From positions 1 through 43,313 of the IMG/VR virus record IMGVR_UViG_3300022719_000123: a stretch of 43,313 nucleotides of DNA, one strand, 5' to 3'. Shown one piece after another: positions 1-7,817 of the stretch. The position numbers and the translations under genes are program-made. Each line of letters starts with the position of its first letter. Position 1 is the first letter of the stretch. The notes below the pieces were generated by a model. The model did not search any database. It was not told where the DNA came from and saw only the letters and a program-made list of their open reading frames with translations. The stretch comes from a virus. Taxonomy: Duplodnaviria; Caudoviricetes.

Positions 1-12
1 GTATTTCCAATA
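1..12. repeat. Terminal overlap with 43302..43313 (circular assembly junction)
   Basis: gtatttccaata (1-12) versus gtatttcccata (43302-43313): 11/12 identical, and the join restores the portal reading frame. Confidence 0.8.
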
Positions 13-299
13 TTATCTGGATTGGAAGAAACTATTTCAAAAAAATCTTCGTTTTGAAAAATAATGCCAGAGAGTTTATCCGCAGCTCGGCGAACCATTT
101 TAGAGAGTATGTGAACAAAAGGAGTGGATTGCCAGTCTTCTTTCTCAGACCAGGATTGTTTTCCTTGGAAAAGATTCATGGCCAAAGACCAGCGGTCTCT
201 ATCAGGTTGAGTTTCTAACTCTGTTTTTTGCCACATTTCTGTGACAAATTTACAGATATAGTCTTCTCGCTCGGCCTTATTGCTAAACTCTTCTGGCAT
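1..299 (-). CDS. Portal protein, N-terminal part (continues across the circular junction into 43312..41414)
   Basis: Hand translation from ATG at 299 gives MPEEFSNKAEREDYICKFVTEMWQK...SSNPDNIGN, open to the window edge. It joins in frame with ...GNTELARIFEK at the other end. Confidence 0.85.
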   Translation of the reverse strand, partial: MPEEFSNKAEREDYICKFVTEMWQKTELETQPDRDRWSLAMNLFQGKQSWSEKEDWQSTPFVHILSKMVRRAADKLSGIIFQNEDFFEIVSSNPDNIGN

Positions 300-305
300 T
301 GTGAC

Positions 306-554
306 TTATTTAATTCGCTGATCAGTAGACATACGAGACTTCGGAATGTCTGACATATCTCTGGTGCTCATAGTGGTATCAGTATGATCCTGCGTCTTTC
401 CATCTGCTACGCGAGTAGTTCCTGGGGGTGAACTCATTTTAATACTTGAGCTGCCGCTTCCTTTCATTCTCGCATCCGAATCTTTAGGAGCATCGTTGAG
501 AAACCCCTTCTCTAACTTTCTTCCGTCAATTCGTCCTGATTGTTTAAATGGCAT
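306..554 (-). CDS. Small basic hypothetical protein between TerL and portal
   Basis: 82-aa ORF that tightly fills the gap, co-oriented, with GGAGG upstream. Confidence 0.7.
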   Translation of the reverse strand: MPFKQSGRIDGRKLEKGFLNDAPKDSDARMKGSGSSSIKMSSPPGTTRVADGKTQDHTDTTMSTRDMSDIPKSRMSTDQRIK

Positions 555-556
555 AA

Positions 557-2317
557 TTACCTCCCTTCAAGTTCTCGTTTCCGTTGATAACCGGTTAAAT
601 CTATATCAAATGATTCATTAGTAGACCATCCTCCCTTTTTGGGCCTATTATGCCGAACAGACCTTGATGAGCGAAACCCTATTTTTTTAGAGCGCTTTTT
701 GTTGGAACTCTGCTCAAAAGAAAAGCTCTGCATTTTATCGAACATGGCGAAAATCATTCGCACAATATAATCCGCCCTATTCGTCTGAAATCTCATACAA
801 TCCAGCACCCAGAATTGATCCTGAAAGCGAGTTATGGCTAAAATCGCGGTATGGTCTGAATAGGTCTCATCAGTGAAGGCGGGGTCTACGGCAATATGAA
901 CCATCGGAAATATGTCGTCTTTCTGGCCTTTGCAGAGTTCAATCCCATATGTCAATGCGTCGAGACAATCGTCTGAGCCTTTATCAAATGTGCGAAGCTC
1001 TTGGCCCAGATTATCATCCCGATCCATAAGATCGCGTCTCACACAAAGCTGATTCTGATACACAGCCGGTTGAACCACACTACGGATTCTATCATGCTTG
1101 TTTTTCTTTTGGGTGGTAAGCTTATCAATGGCTATCTTCCTTCCCTCCTGCCTCATCATCACATCAATGGTAGACATTAGCGCCGCTGATTGTGATTCAC
1201 ACTCAACACCAACTCTAGCGACCGGGCCTAACTCAAATGGTGGAGGAAGGGTGGGGAACGTTTGAATCTTTTGAATATCAAACTGGATGTCATCATCCAT
1301 AACTGGTTCGTTATAATACAGTGCTGAGAACCTATGTCCGTTCGCTTTCTTAAGAGCAACTAAACTTTCTTCTGTCTCCCCGTATCCATACTCATTACCA
1401 AGATCGTCATACCATTTTCGATGAGGCGCAACGAGAACCTGTTTCTTCTTAGCATGATCATACGTAGTGACTCCTACCTTAAAAATCCTAAGCCTTCCTT
1501 GCTTACTTTGAAGCTCACCACTTTCAATCTTTCCGCAGTAATCGTCATACGTCCATCTCGTGCAGCAACCACGAAGTGGCGCGCCTAAGTCAATAGTGTT
1601 GCACATCTCGCCAAAAAATTTCTCAACACGCCTACGGTGCGTTGCAGAATCCGCCGTCTCCTCATTAAGAAGATCATCAAAAATAAATCCACCATCAAAG
1701 TGTGCACCAGTAATATTTCCCCTAACACCGTATGCAGAAAGGGAAGGAATCTTTCGCTCCCTCGTTCCAAACGTATCGTCACCAGAGGCAACATCTAAAT
1801 AATAACCATCCTCACCCCATTTAGAACTAGGAACACAGTCAGGAAAACAACGCTTAAACGCACCATTCCCACTAACAATAGCAGCCGATGTGCGAATCAT
1901 TCTCGCCGCACCATCACCAGTAGCATTAGCTACACCAACTCGTTTATAAGGATTCTTAGCCAACCACCAGGCAGGCATTGGCTCGGTAATCATTCCGCTC
2001 TTGCCAGCTCCACGCCAGACTAAAGCAAGACCATCATCACCACTCTCTTCCAAATCTTCTAAAAACTTACAAAGCTCCTCCCCGTGAAACCAGGGATCCA
2101 TCCAACGATAATCAATTACTATCCTAAGATATGTCCAATAACTCGTCGAGGCTAGCATCCCCAGAGCCTTCCACAGACCCCCCGGATCCTCCGCCTCCAC
2201 CGTCTCCAGCAACTGAAGCTGCTCCATTAGCCTTCGCTCGCACGGTGCTACCCTTTGCTTTGCGTTTTCGCCCTCGACCCTTGCCCTTATTGGAGGGATT
2301 ATCTTTGGTTCCGGCAT
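557..2317 (-). CDS. terL: Terminase large subunit (ATPase plus RNase H-like nuclease with permuted motif order)
   Basis: Walker A WRGAGKS, Walker B FIFDD, CTRW coupling motif, nuclease motifs VGVE, DDCLDA and AVDPA; sits upstream of the portal. Confidence 0.93.
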   Translation of the reverse strand: MPEPKIIPPIRARVEGENAKQRVAPCERRLMEQLQLLETVEAEDPGGLWKALGMLASTSYWTYLRIVIDYRWMDPWFHGEELCKFLEDLEESGDDGLALVWRGAGKSGMITEPMPAWWLAKNPYKRVGVANATGDGAARMIRTSAAIVSGNGAFKRCFPDCVPSSKWGEDGYYLDVASGDDTFGTRERKIPSLSAYGVRGNITGAHFDGGFIFDDLLNEETADSATHRRRVEKFFGEMCNTIDLGAPLRGCCTRWTYDDYCGKIESGELQSKQGRLRIFKVGVTTYDHAKKKQVLVAPHRKWYDDLGNEYGYGETEESLVALKKANGHRFSALYYNEPVMDDDIQFDIQKIQTFPTLPPPFELGPVARVGVECESQSAALMSTIDVMMRQEGRKIAIDKLTTQKKNKHDRIRSVVQPAVYQNQLCVRRDLMDRDDNLGQELRTFDKGSDDCLDALTYGIELCKGQKDDIFPMVHIAVDPAFTDETYSDHTAILAITRFQDQFWVLDCMRFQTNRADYIVRMIFAMFDKMQSFSFEQSSNKKRSKKIGFRSSRSVRHNRPKKGGWSTNESFDIDLTGYQRKRELEGR

Positions 2318-2549
2318 TCGACACCTTCACTTCCTTCTTCAATTCAGGACCATCCAACTTAATCTCAGCACCCACCTTACCAACATACGTCATAAAACAA
2401 TGATACAAATCACCACCAACCTGATACTCCTCAACATAACCTTCAATCTCCTCCAACGAAGACGGCCTAGAAAACTGATTATTGAACTTTATCCGTAGAC
2501 TGAACAGATCCTCGGAGATACTTTTCGACAAGCTCTTTTCCTCTTCCAT
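2124..2549 (-). CDS. Hypothetical protein overlapping the TerS 3' end and the TerL 5' end
   Basis: ATG at 2549 (MEEEKSLSK) preceded by GGTGGAGAGTA; covers the otherwise empty 2318-2478 gap. Confidence 0.5.
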   Translation of the reverse strand: MEEEKSLSKSISEDLFSLRIKFNNQFSRPSSLEEIEGYVEEYQVGGDLYHCFMTYVGKVGAEIKLDGPELKKEVKVSNAGTKDNPSNKGKGRGRKRKAKGSTVRAKANGAASVAGDGGGGGSGGSVEGSGDASLDELLDIS

Positions 2550-2922
2550 TACTCTCCACCTTAACACTATCATTACTAACCTGAGTCTTACTACGAGGAA
2601 CCCAGCGATCAGTCCGACGCTCAAGTATCGTCTTAATCGTCACTATCTGACCAGACTCAGCCTTGCGCTCACCCAACGCAAATAAACTTAAAAGATGCTC
2701 CAATCGACAGAAAAAACTTTCCTCAGCAGTACGAAAATCCTCATAATACAAATTACGAAGATCAAACAAATCACCCAAACTTATGTCTAAACTCTCAGCA
2801 CAACCAACAGCATCGTAAAACTGCTCCGCTACCATAAAATATTCAACCGCCCGATCGCGAAGCTCTTCCCTTTCCTCCCTTGGTAACTCCTGTATACGAC
2901 TCCTCAATGCCCAAAACATCAT
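2479..2922 (-). CDS. Probable terminase small subunit
   Basis: 147-aa helical protein upstream of TerL, with an HTH-like N-terminal half and a TerS-like IKTILERRTDRW segment. Position plus loose motif only. Confidence 0.6.
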   Translation of the reverse strand: MMFWALRSRIQELPREEREELRDRAVEYFMVAEQFYDAVGCAESLDISLGDLFDLRNLYYEDFRTAEESFFCRLEHLLSLFALGERKAESGQIVTIKTILERRTDRWVPRSKTQVSNDSVKVESNGRGKELVEKYLRGSVQSTDKVQ

Positions 2923-3151
2923 TCAAACCCTCCCCAGTTAATCGCTTCAAAAAATCTCCAAATACTCCAAAATCCTCCTTATGAATAATTACCTCATCCA
3001 TACCAGGACTAGCACCACCAAAACTCGTTAACTGTATATGACCCGTCTCACCAACCTTCCTCACTCCCAAATACTTCCCAATACGAGTATGGCCAGCAGC
3101 AGAGTTCGTACCCAACATCTTTTCAATATAATCACTCATGCCTTCACTCAT
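2843..3151 (-). CDS. Hypothetical protein
   Basis: 102-aa ORF translationally coupled to its upstream neighbour. Confidence 0.7.
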   Translation of the reverse strand: MSEGMSDYIEKMLGTNSAAGHTRIGKYLGVRKVGETGHIQLTSFGGASPGMDEVIIHKEDFGVFGDFLKRLTGEGLNDVLGIEESYTGVTKGGKGRASRSGG

Positions 3152-3489
3152 AACTTTACTCCCCCTCGCTTAAGCTTACCCAACTTCTCAAACACAGGCG
3201 CCAGTATACTAAAACGCTTCTCACTCTCACGCTGATACGCCTTCTGACGATCAAATATCACCTGAACCATCGCCTCAAGCCTATGAACCGTAGCTCGCAA
3301 ATTATCAAAATCACTCCGCTTAGGACGACCATCACGGCCATACTCAACCGTCTCACCTCCACCTCCATCACTCGCATGATAATTCAACGGCAAACTCTCA
3401 ACACTGTTCTCAACAACATCATGAACAGGATCAAATTCTAACTCAGACTCAACCCTACGACGTAACACCTCAAAATCTTCCATAATCAA
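3148..3489 (-). CDS. Hypothetical protein, first gene of the late operon
   Basis: 113-aa ORF with an acidic N-terminus and a coiled-coil-like C-terminus; ATGA overlap with the next gene. Confidence 0.7.
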   Translation of the reverse strand: MIMEDFEVLRRRVESELEFDPVHDVVENSVESLPLNYHASDGGGGETVEYGRDGRPKRSDFDNLRATVHRLEAMVQVIFDRQKAYQRESEKRFSILAPVFEKLGKLKRGGVKL

Positions 3490-3527
3490 TACTAGACCAA
3501 ATAAAAAATATAACGTAAATTTAACTC

Positions 3528-3995
3528 ATGAAACCCGCCCAGAGAGAACACAGAATTCCTACCAGAAAAGTCTCCTCACCAAGAGCAAAAAATATCTCAT
3601 GCTCAATATTCACAAACTTCAATCCAAAAAAAATAAAATACCAATACTCCCTAATTACACCCCAAGTCGGTCGAAGAACAACAGAAAACTCCCCATGGTA
3701 CCCAAAAACAGCCCTAAACGCACGAGAAGCTATAGAACTATGGCTCACACTCACTCACGGAATAAAAGAACTACTACTCACCGACATAGATAAAGAACAA
3801 ACACTGCCTCCAAATTACCCCATATTCAAAAAATTCGGACTCCCCCTCATAAACTCCACCAATATTCAAAAACACGATACTTCCACATTCTCACCAAAAG
3901 AATCAAAAAAAATTAACTCAACCTTCGAAAAACAACACCCAAATCATAAAACTCAACCAGAAGACTCCATTATCACTATTCAACGATATAATTAG
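3528..3995 (+). CDS. Hypothetical protein in the G-depleted zone
   Basis: 155-aa ORF. Almost all of its few G residues are at codon positions 1-2, which is a coding periodicity signature. Confidence 0.65.
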   Translation: MKPAQREHRIPTRKVSSPRAKNISCSIFTNFNPKKIKYQYSLITPQVGRRTTENSPWYPKTALNAREAIELWLTLTHGIKELLLTDIDKEQTLPPNYPIFKKFGLPLINSTNIQKHDTSTFSPKESKKINSTFEKQHPNHKTQPEDSIITIQRYN

Positions 3996-4028
3996 TCGGG
4001 ATTAACACCGCTTTTTTTGCGCGAGTCC

Positions 4029-4120
4029 GGGGGGGGGAATAATATATACAGGCGGGGGGCGGGGCCATCGCTCGAAACCCACCCGTATGGGGAGCGAATC
4101 ATCCCCTATACCCCCCTATA
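4029..4120. other. G-run/C-run element at the compositional switch (candidate pac/terminus or origin region)
   Basis: G9 (4029-4037), G6 (4054-4059), G4 (4061-4064), then cccctata-cccccctata (4103-4120); lies between the divergent late and early modules. Confidence 0.4.
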
Positions 4121-4253
4121 CTAGTACTAAATGAAATGTCTGATAAGAAGACTTATCGGTCAATTTGGCGCGCTACGCAGAATATCGATATCTCTACTCC
4201 GCGCTGCTCTGATGTTGTGTGTATTATCTACGAAATGACTGTTGTTGTCCGAG

Positions 4254-4270
4254 TTGGCATGAGTTTTGCA
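4254..4270 (+). promoter_or_regulatory. Sigma54 (-24/-12) promoter-like site, rightward
   Basis: TTGGCATGAGTTTTGCA against consensus YTGGCACGRNNNTTGCW, with exact GG-N10-GC spacing; intergenic. Confidence 0.6.
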
Positions 4271-4577
4271 AAGAAGGGGGGACTCTCAACACATGAACGA
4301 CTCTTATCCGTAATACTGCATATCTCACTGTACTACACTATATATATCTATAAACGATCTGCGTTTGTGTATAACTAACGTTAACATGACTAGAAGAGTC
4401 AGAAAAGTACATAGATACTAGTATGTATGATCGCTCGCATTGTCTAGCTTAGCATACTCTACCAAGTTTTTTACAATAGCTGAAAAAGTTATTGAGTGAT
4501 TGTGGGTACTTACGCTGATTGCTTGTCGTGTATTGAGATAAATTGAGTACGTTTGCGATTATCTGTCATCATACCCA

Positions 4578-4607
4578 TTGACAGTAACCCCGCCATAGAG
4601 TTATAGT
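4578..4607 (+). promoter_or_regulatory. Sigma70 promoter for the early gene cluster
   Basis: TTGACA-N18-TATAGT, followed by an AAGGAG RBS and the ATG at 4647. Confidence 0.7.
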
Positions 4608-4646
4608 GAGAATGTGAACAACAATAACAAAAAGGAGTAATACGTT

Positions 4647-4862
4647 ATGAGATATCACTATTTCTTACATAAATCAGACAATTTTGGTGGTCATACTTGG
4701 ATTGATGCATATGCCGCGCGCGGTTGTCTCGCAGCGTATGCCGTGTGTTTGGATAATCACGATTGTAATCCTACTTTGCGGGTCGATTATTTGTTTAGCG
4801 TTGATGAGCTATTGAGTGATGAGCGCGTAGAGCAACTTGAGTCGATAATGCAACAAAAATGA
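4647..4862 (+). CDS. Early hypothetical protein
   Basis: 71-aa ORF with an AAGGAG RBS, first after the promoter. Confidence 0.75.
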   Translation: MRYHYFLHKSDNFGGHTWIDAYAARGCLAAYAVCLDNHDCNPTLRVDYLFSVDELLSDERVEQLESIMQQK

Positions 4863-4875
4863 GGAGAGAAGAAAC

Positions 4876-5667
4876 ATGACAAAAATACTAGAAACATACA
4901 GAGGACGAGGAGTCAGCGAGTATCTACGACGAGTTGGGAGCTACGCTGCGGAGCACAACAAAATATTGGTGAGCGATGGCGGTCTATTTACAGACTTTTT
5001 TCGTGAGCTATCCGGAGAAAGCGGTACAATCGCTTACTATCCCGGCTGGATCAACACATGCAGCCGCTATACATCCGGCACGATCGCAGATCGGGATAAA
5101 TATGACGAAATGTACGCATTTCTCAGACGATCGGACATACATAAAAAATATGGTGAAATTTGGCAAAGATGCGGGAGAGAGTTACACAGACTAATTCCTG
5201 ACCCGGAAACAGGGGATTTCATATACGCAGACGAGGACACATATAAAAATCAGAAAATACACGGCGTGAGAGGTTATTACGCAGTAGAACCATCTGTTTT
5301 TAGACATGGAATATCAGTGCGTAAATATTATCACGCTGCGGGTCGTAAATTATTAGTACAGATCGGCACTGAGCTGTATCACACGCATAGATCTCACGTA
5401 CAGTCTGCAATTGATTACGCGATATCGTGTCATCGGCAGCGCCTACGATCTCGTGCCGCATTTATTGACAAAATAGGTAACTTATCTGAGATCTGGGTAG
5501 ATAAAAACGCGAGTAGTGATGCGGGTAATTGCGCTGTTGGGACAGCCTCGTTTGTAGCACGCAATAAACTAGAAAAATGGGGTGCAATTCGGGCTGATTA
5601 TCTGCTGTCGTTACAAGACGATCGATTTACTCGCTCAGCAATCACGGCCGCAATTTTACGAAATTAA
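4876..5667 (+). CDS. Early hypothetical protein
   Basis: 263-aa ORF with a GAGGAG RBS and a C-terminal AGNCAVGT motif reminiscent of other phage early proteins. Confidence 0.8.
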   Translation: MTKILETYRGRGVSEYLRRVGSYAAEHNKILVSDGGLFTDFFRELSGESGTIAYYPGWINTCSRYTSGTIADRDKYDEMYAFLRRSDIHKKYGEIWQRCGRELHRLIPDPETGDFIYADEDTYKNQKIHGVRGYYAVEPSVFRHGISVRKYYHAAGRKLLVQIGTELYHTHRSHVQSAIDYAISCHRQRLRSRAAFIDKIGNLSEIWVDKNASSDAGNCAVGTASFVARNKLEKWGAIRADYLLSLQDDRFTRSAITAAILRN

Positions 5668-5681
5668 AAAGGAGAAACACG

Positions 5682-6083
5682 ATGAAAAAACACAGAAAAC
5701 CTATATTTTTAGTCGATCACCCCGGATATTCTTATAATACTAATGTTGTTTTTGATGATGATGTCGGTCCTAAGTTGAGCGACTATATCACAGAGGCGCA
5801 CGTGGAGGATTATTACGATTATCACATCGAAAAAATGTATGAATATGGCATACATAGACAATTATCTATTGCTGATGCACGTGACGAGCTGATGGACGAC
5901 TTTTTAGAGGAGGGCTGTAGCGAGGTTGATGAGAGCTGGGTTGAGCATCAAATATTACTCTGTAACGACACATATTATCACTACAGCGTAGACGGCGCGA
6001 TCTGCAATGCGTTGCCGGGCTGTACATCTATATCGGACGCGATTGCACGTATAAAGGAAAGCAAAAAGGAGGGAAGACGATGA
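5682..6083 (+). CDS. Early acidic hypothetical protein
   Basis: 133-aa ORF with an AAGGAG RBS; D/E/Y-rich. Confidence 0.8.
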   Translation: MKKHRKPIFLVDHPGYSYNTNVVFDDDVGPKLSDYITEAHVEDYYDYHIEKMYEYGIHRQLSIADARDELMDDFLEEGCSEVDESWVEHQILLCNDTYYHYSVDGAICNALPGCTSISDAIARIKESKKEGRR

Positions 6084-6505
6084 AAAAATACAATGAGATA
6101 AAAAGCTTGAAATTGTTTTGCGAGGGGTTGGATAGCGCGCCTAATTACCGTGAGGTGTTAGGTAGTATTAATAGCGGTGAGGTAGATTTTGAAGTTAGTG
6201 GTGTGCGTTTTATCCATAAGGATGTGATTGACGAGATACAGCAAGAAGAGTTGTTGAGTGATGAGTATGTTTTGGGTTGTTTTCGGCCTGAATTTCTCTG
6301 TGATTACATTTCGTTGGAAGCTGAAGACATTCGAGAGATGCAGCAGAAAGAGATGTGTGAAGCTTTAGGTAGGTTAGCGTCTAAGCACATCAAGGAGATT
6401 CAGGCTGGTTATGCTTCTGCGGATGGTTACGGCCACCACTTCAATCATTACGACTTTGGTGAAGAAGAGTTTGGTGGTTTTTACGTGTTTGATAATCGGA
6501 TTTAA
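6080..6505 (+). CDS. Early acidic hypothetical protein
   Basis: 141-aa ORF with a GGAGG RBS and a C-terminal DGYGHHFNHYD motif. Confidence 0.8.
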   Translation: MKKYNEIKSLKLFCEGLDSAPNYREVLGSINSGEVDFEVSGVRFIHKDVIDEIQQEELLSDEYVLGCFRPEFLCDYISLEAEDIREMQQKEMCEALGRLASKHIKEIQAGYASADGYGHHFNHYDFGEEEFGGFYVFDNRI

Positions 6506-6524
6506 TTTAGGAGGAGAGAAGACG

Positions 6525-6986
6525 ATGAAAAAAGTGTTTTTGGAAAATATGGATATAGATGGTTTTGGCAAACTATACATTGCGCCAGTCACTGGCTACG
6601 AGGTGCTTTATAACGGTAAATTTGTTGGTAATGAGTTTGCTACTAAAAGCAACGATGCGAGTGCTAGCATAATCGATCGGCGCATACTCTCAGCGTCGCA
6701 ATATGAGCGCGTAAAATTAGATGCATCTAAATTTACCGTAAACAAATTCCCGGCGTGGGTTGTGTGGCAGGAGGTTTATCCCGGCGGCGCGAGTCAAGCC
6801 CAATTTGTAATCGGGGGCGGCTGCAACAGGTTAAAAAACAAAAAAGAGATTCCTGGTAAGGGGCCGGGGAAATGTCACGATGAAGCTCTGGCGTATAATT
6901 TGGGCTCAAGTAACAAAAAACCGACAAATTTTGATCTCACTGCACTGATCGGACCACATGACGTTGTAACACGGGATTTATTATGA
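6525..6986 (+). CDS. Early hypothetical protein
   Basis: Start reassigned to ATG 6525 (MKKVFLENM), behind an AGGAGGAG RBS. Confidence 0.75.
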   Translation: MKKVFLENMDIDGFGKLYIAPVTGYEVLYNGKFVGNEFATKSNDASASIIDRRILSASQYERVKLDASKFTVNKFPAWVVWQEVYPGGASQAQFVIGGGCNRLKNKKEIPGKGPGKCHDEALAYNLGSSNKKPTNFDLTALIGPHDVVTRDLL

Positions 6987-7017
6987 GTGATGACAAGCAA
7001 GATAGGAGCTTTGGGTT

Positions 7018-7257
7018 ATGAATAATTCGACAATAGAAGTTATCACTGAAGAAGCGCCATCATATTGGGCACCATATCTAATCAACGGCGACCATAGTGG
7101 TATGGAGCAATCCGAGATTGAGCAGTGTGATAAATGGCTCAAGTGGACAGGTGGGCGCGTAACTGACTGCTCTGAAGAGTCATTTTTTGGAACATTTGAA
7201 GGTATGGGTCATGATTTATGTGAATACACGATAATATTAAATGAGGTATCGTCATGA
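7018..7257 (+). CDS. Small acidic protein, resembles DUF6926-type phage proteins
   Basis: PSYWAPYLINGDHSG motif and AGGAG RBS; family name is from recall only. Confidence 0.65.
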   Translation: MNNSTIEVITEEAPSYWAPYLINGDHSGMEQSEIEQCDKWLKWTGGRVTDCSEESFFGTFEGMGHDLCEYTIILNEVSS

Positions 7258-7415
7258 GAATCTACAGTAAGATAGGAATAAAAGAGGTGAGGGATATGGG
7301 AGTTGATGGCTTGGTGTTGAGTTATGAGGTTTACCATAATGGTCGGTTTGTTGTGAGTAAGCGTAGCCATGCCGAGGCGTATGCGGTTGCTCGTATGCTG
7401 GAAGTGTCGCACTAA
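7254..7415 (+). CDS. Small hypothetical protein (53 aa, not in the ORF track)
   Basis: MRIYSKIGIKEVRDMGVDG...RMLEVSH; ATGA overlap with the previous stop and GAGGT upstream. Confidence 0.6.
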   Translation: MRIYSKIGIKEVRDMGVDGLVLSYEVYHNGRFVVSKRSHAEAYAVARMLEVSH

Positions 7416-7456
7416 TATAATATAGTTATAGGAGAAAGGCATAGGAACTTTGGGTT

Positions 7457-7795
7457 ATGAGTGAGCGCGGATCATTAACAACGGGTTTTATCTATTGCAA
7501 CCAGTGTGTAACTGATTTTAGGCGTGTATTCGAGGAGCTTAATTATCCCTATCGGCAATTTAGTGAGGAGATGACGGCGTACTGTGTCCGATTATCTAGT
7601 TTACATGCTGGTGGCGAACTGGAAGACTTTGAGATGGAGTTATACCCAGCGCTCAAGAGAGTTTGGTGTGGAACACATTATATAGACCTAGTTGTGTTGT
7701 GCGACAATGGCGATCTCTTTAGGTGTGTTTTAGGTAAGGCGGCACCAAGGGAGATGTATCGAGGCTACGGCAATTCGCCGATTATAGAGCGATGA
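7457..7795 (+). CDS. Hypothetical protein
   Basis: 112-aa ORF; its leader is nearly identical to that of the 7018 gene. Confidence 0.7.
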   Translation: MSERGSLTTGFIYCNQCVTDFRRVFEELNYPYRQFSEEMTAYCVRLSSLHAGGELEDFEMELYPALKRVWCGTHYIDLVVLCDNGDLFRCVLGKAAPREMYRGYGNSPIIER

Positions 7796-7817
7796 ATACG
7801 GTTATTTGTTGGGGTAT

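Noticed and set aside
1-12. Terminal 12-nt repeat as attL/attR of a prophage
   Set aside because: It falls inside the essential portal gene, there is no host DNA on either side and no integrase is seen; an assembly overlap is simpler.
4136-4378. 80-aa ORF in the control region
   Set aside because: No clear RBS; it overlaps the sigma54 site and an AT-rich tract, so it is more likely non-coding.
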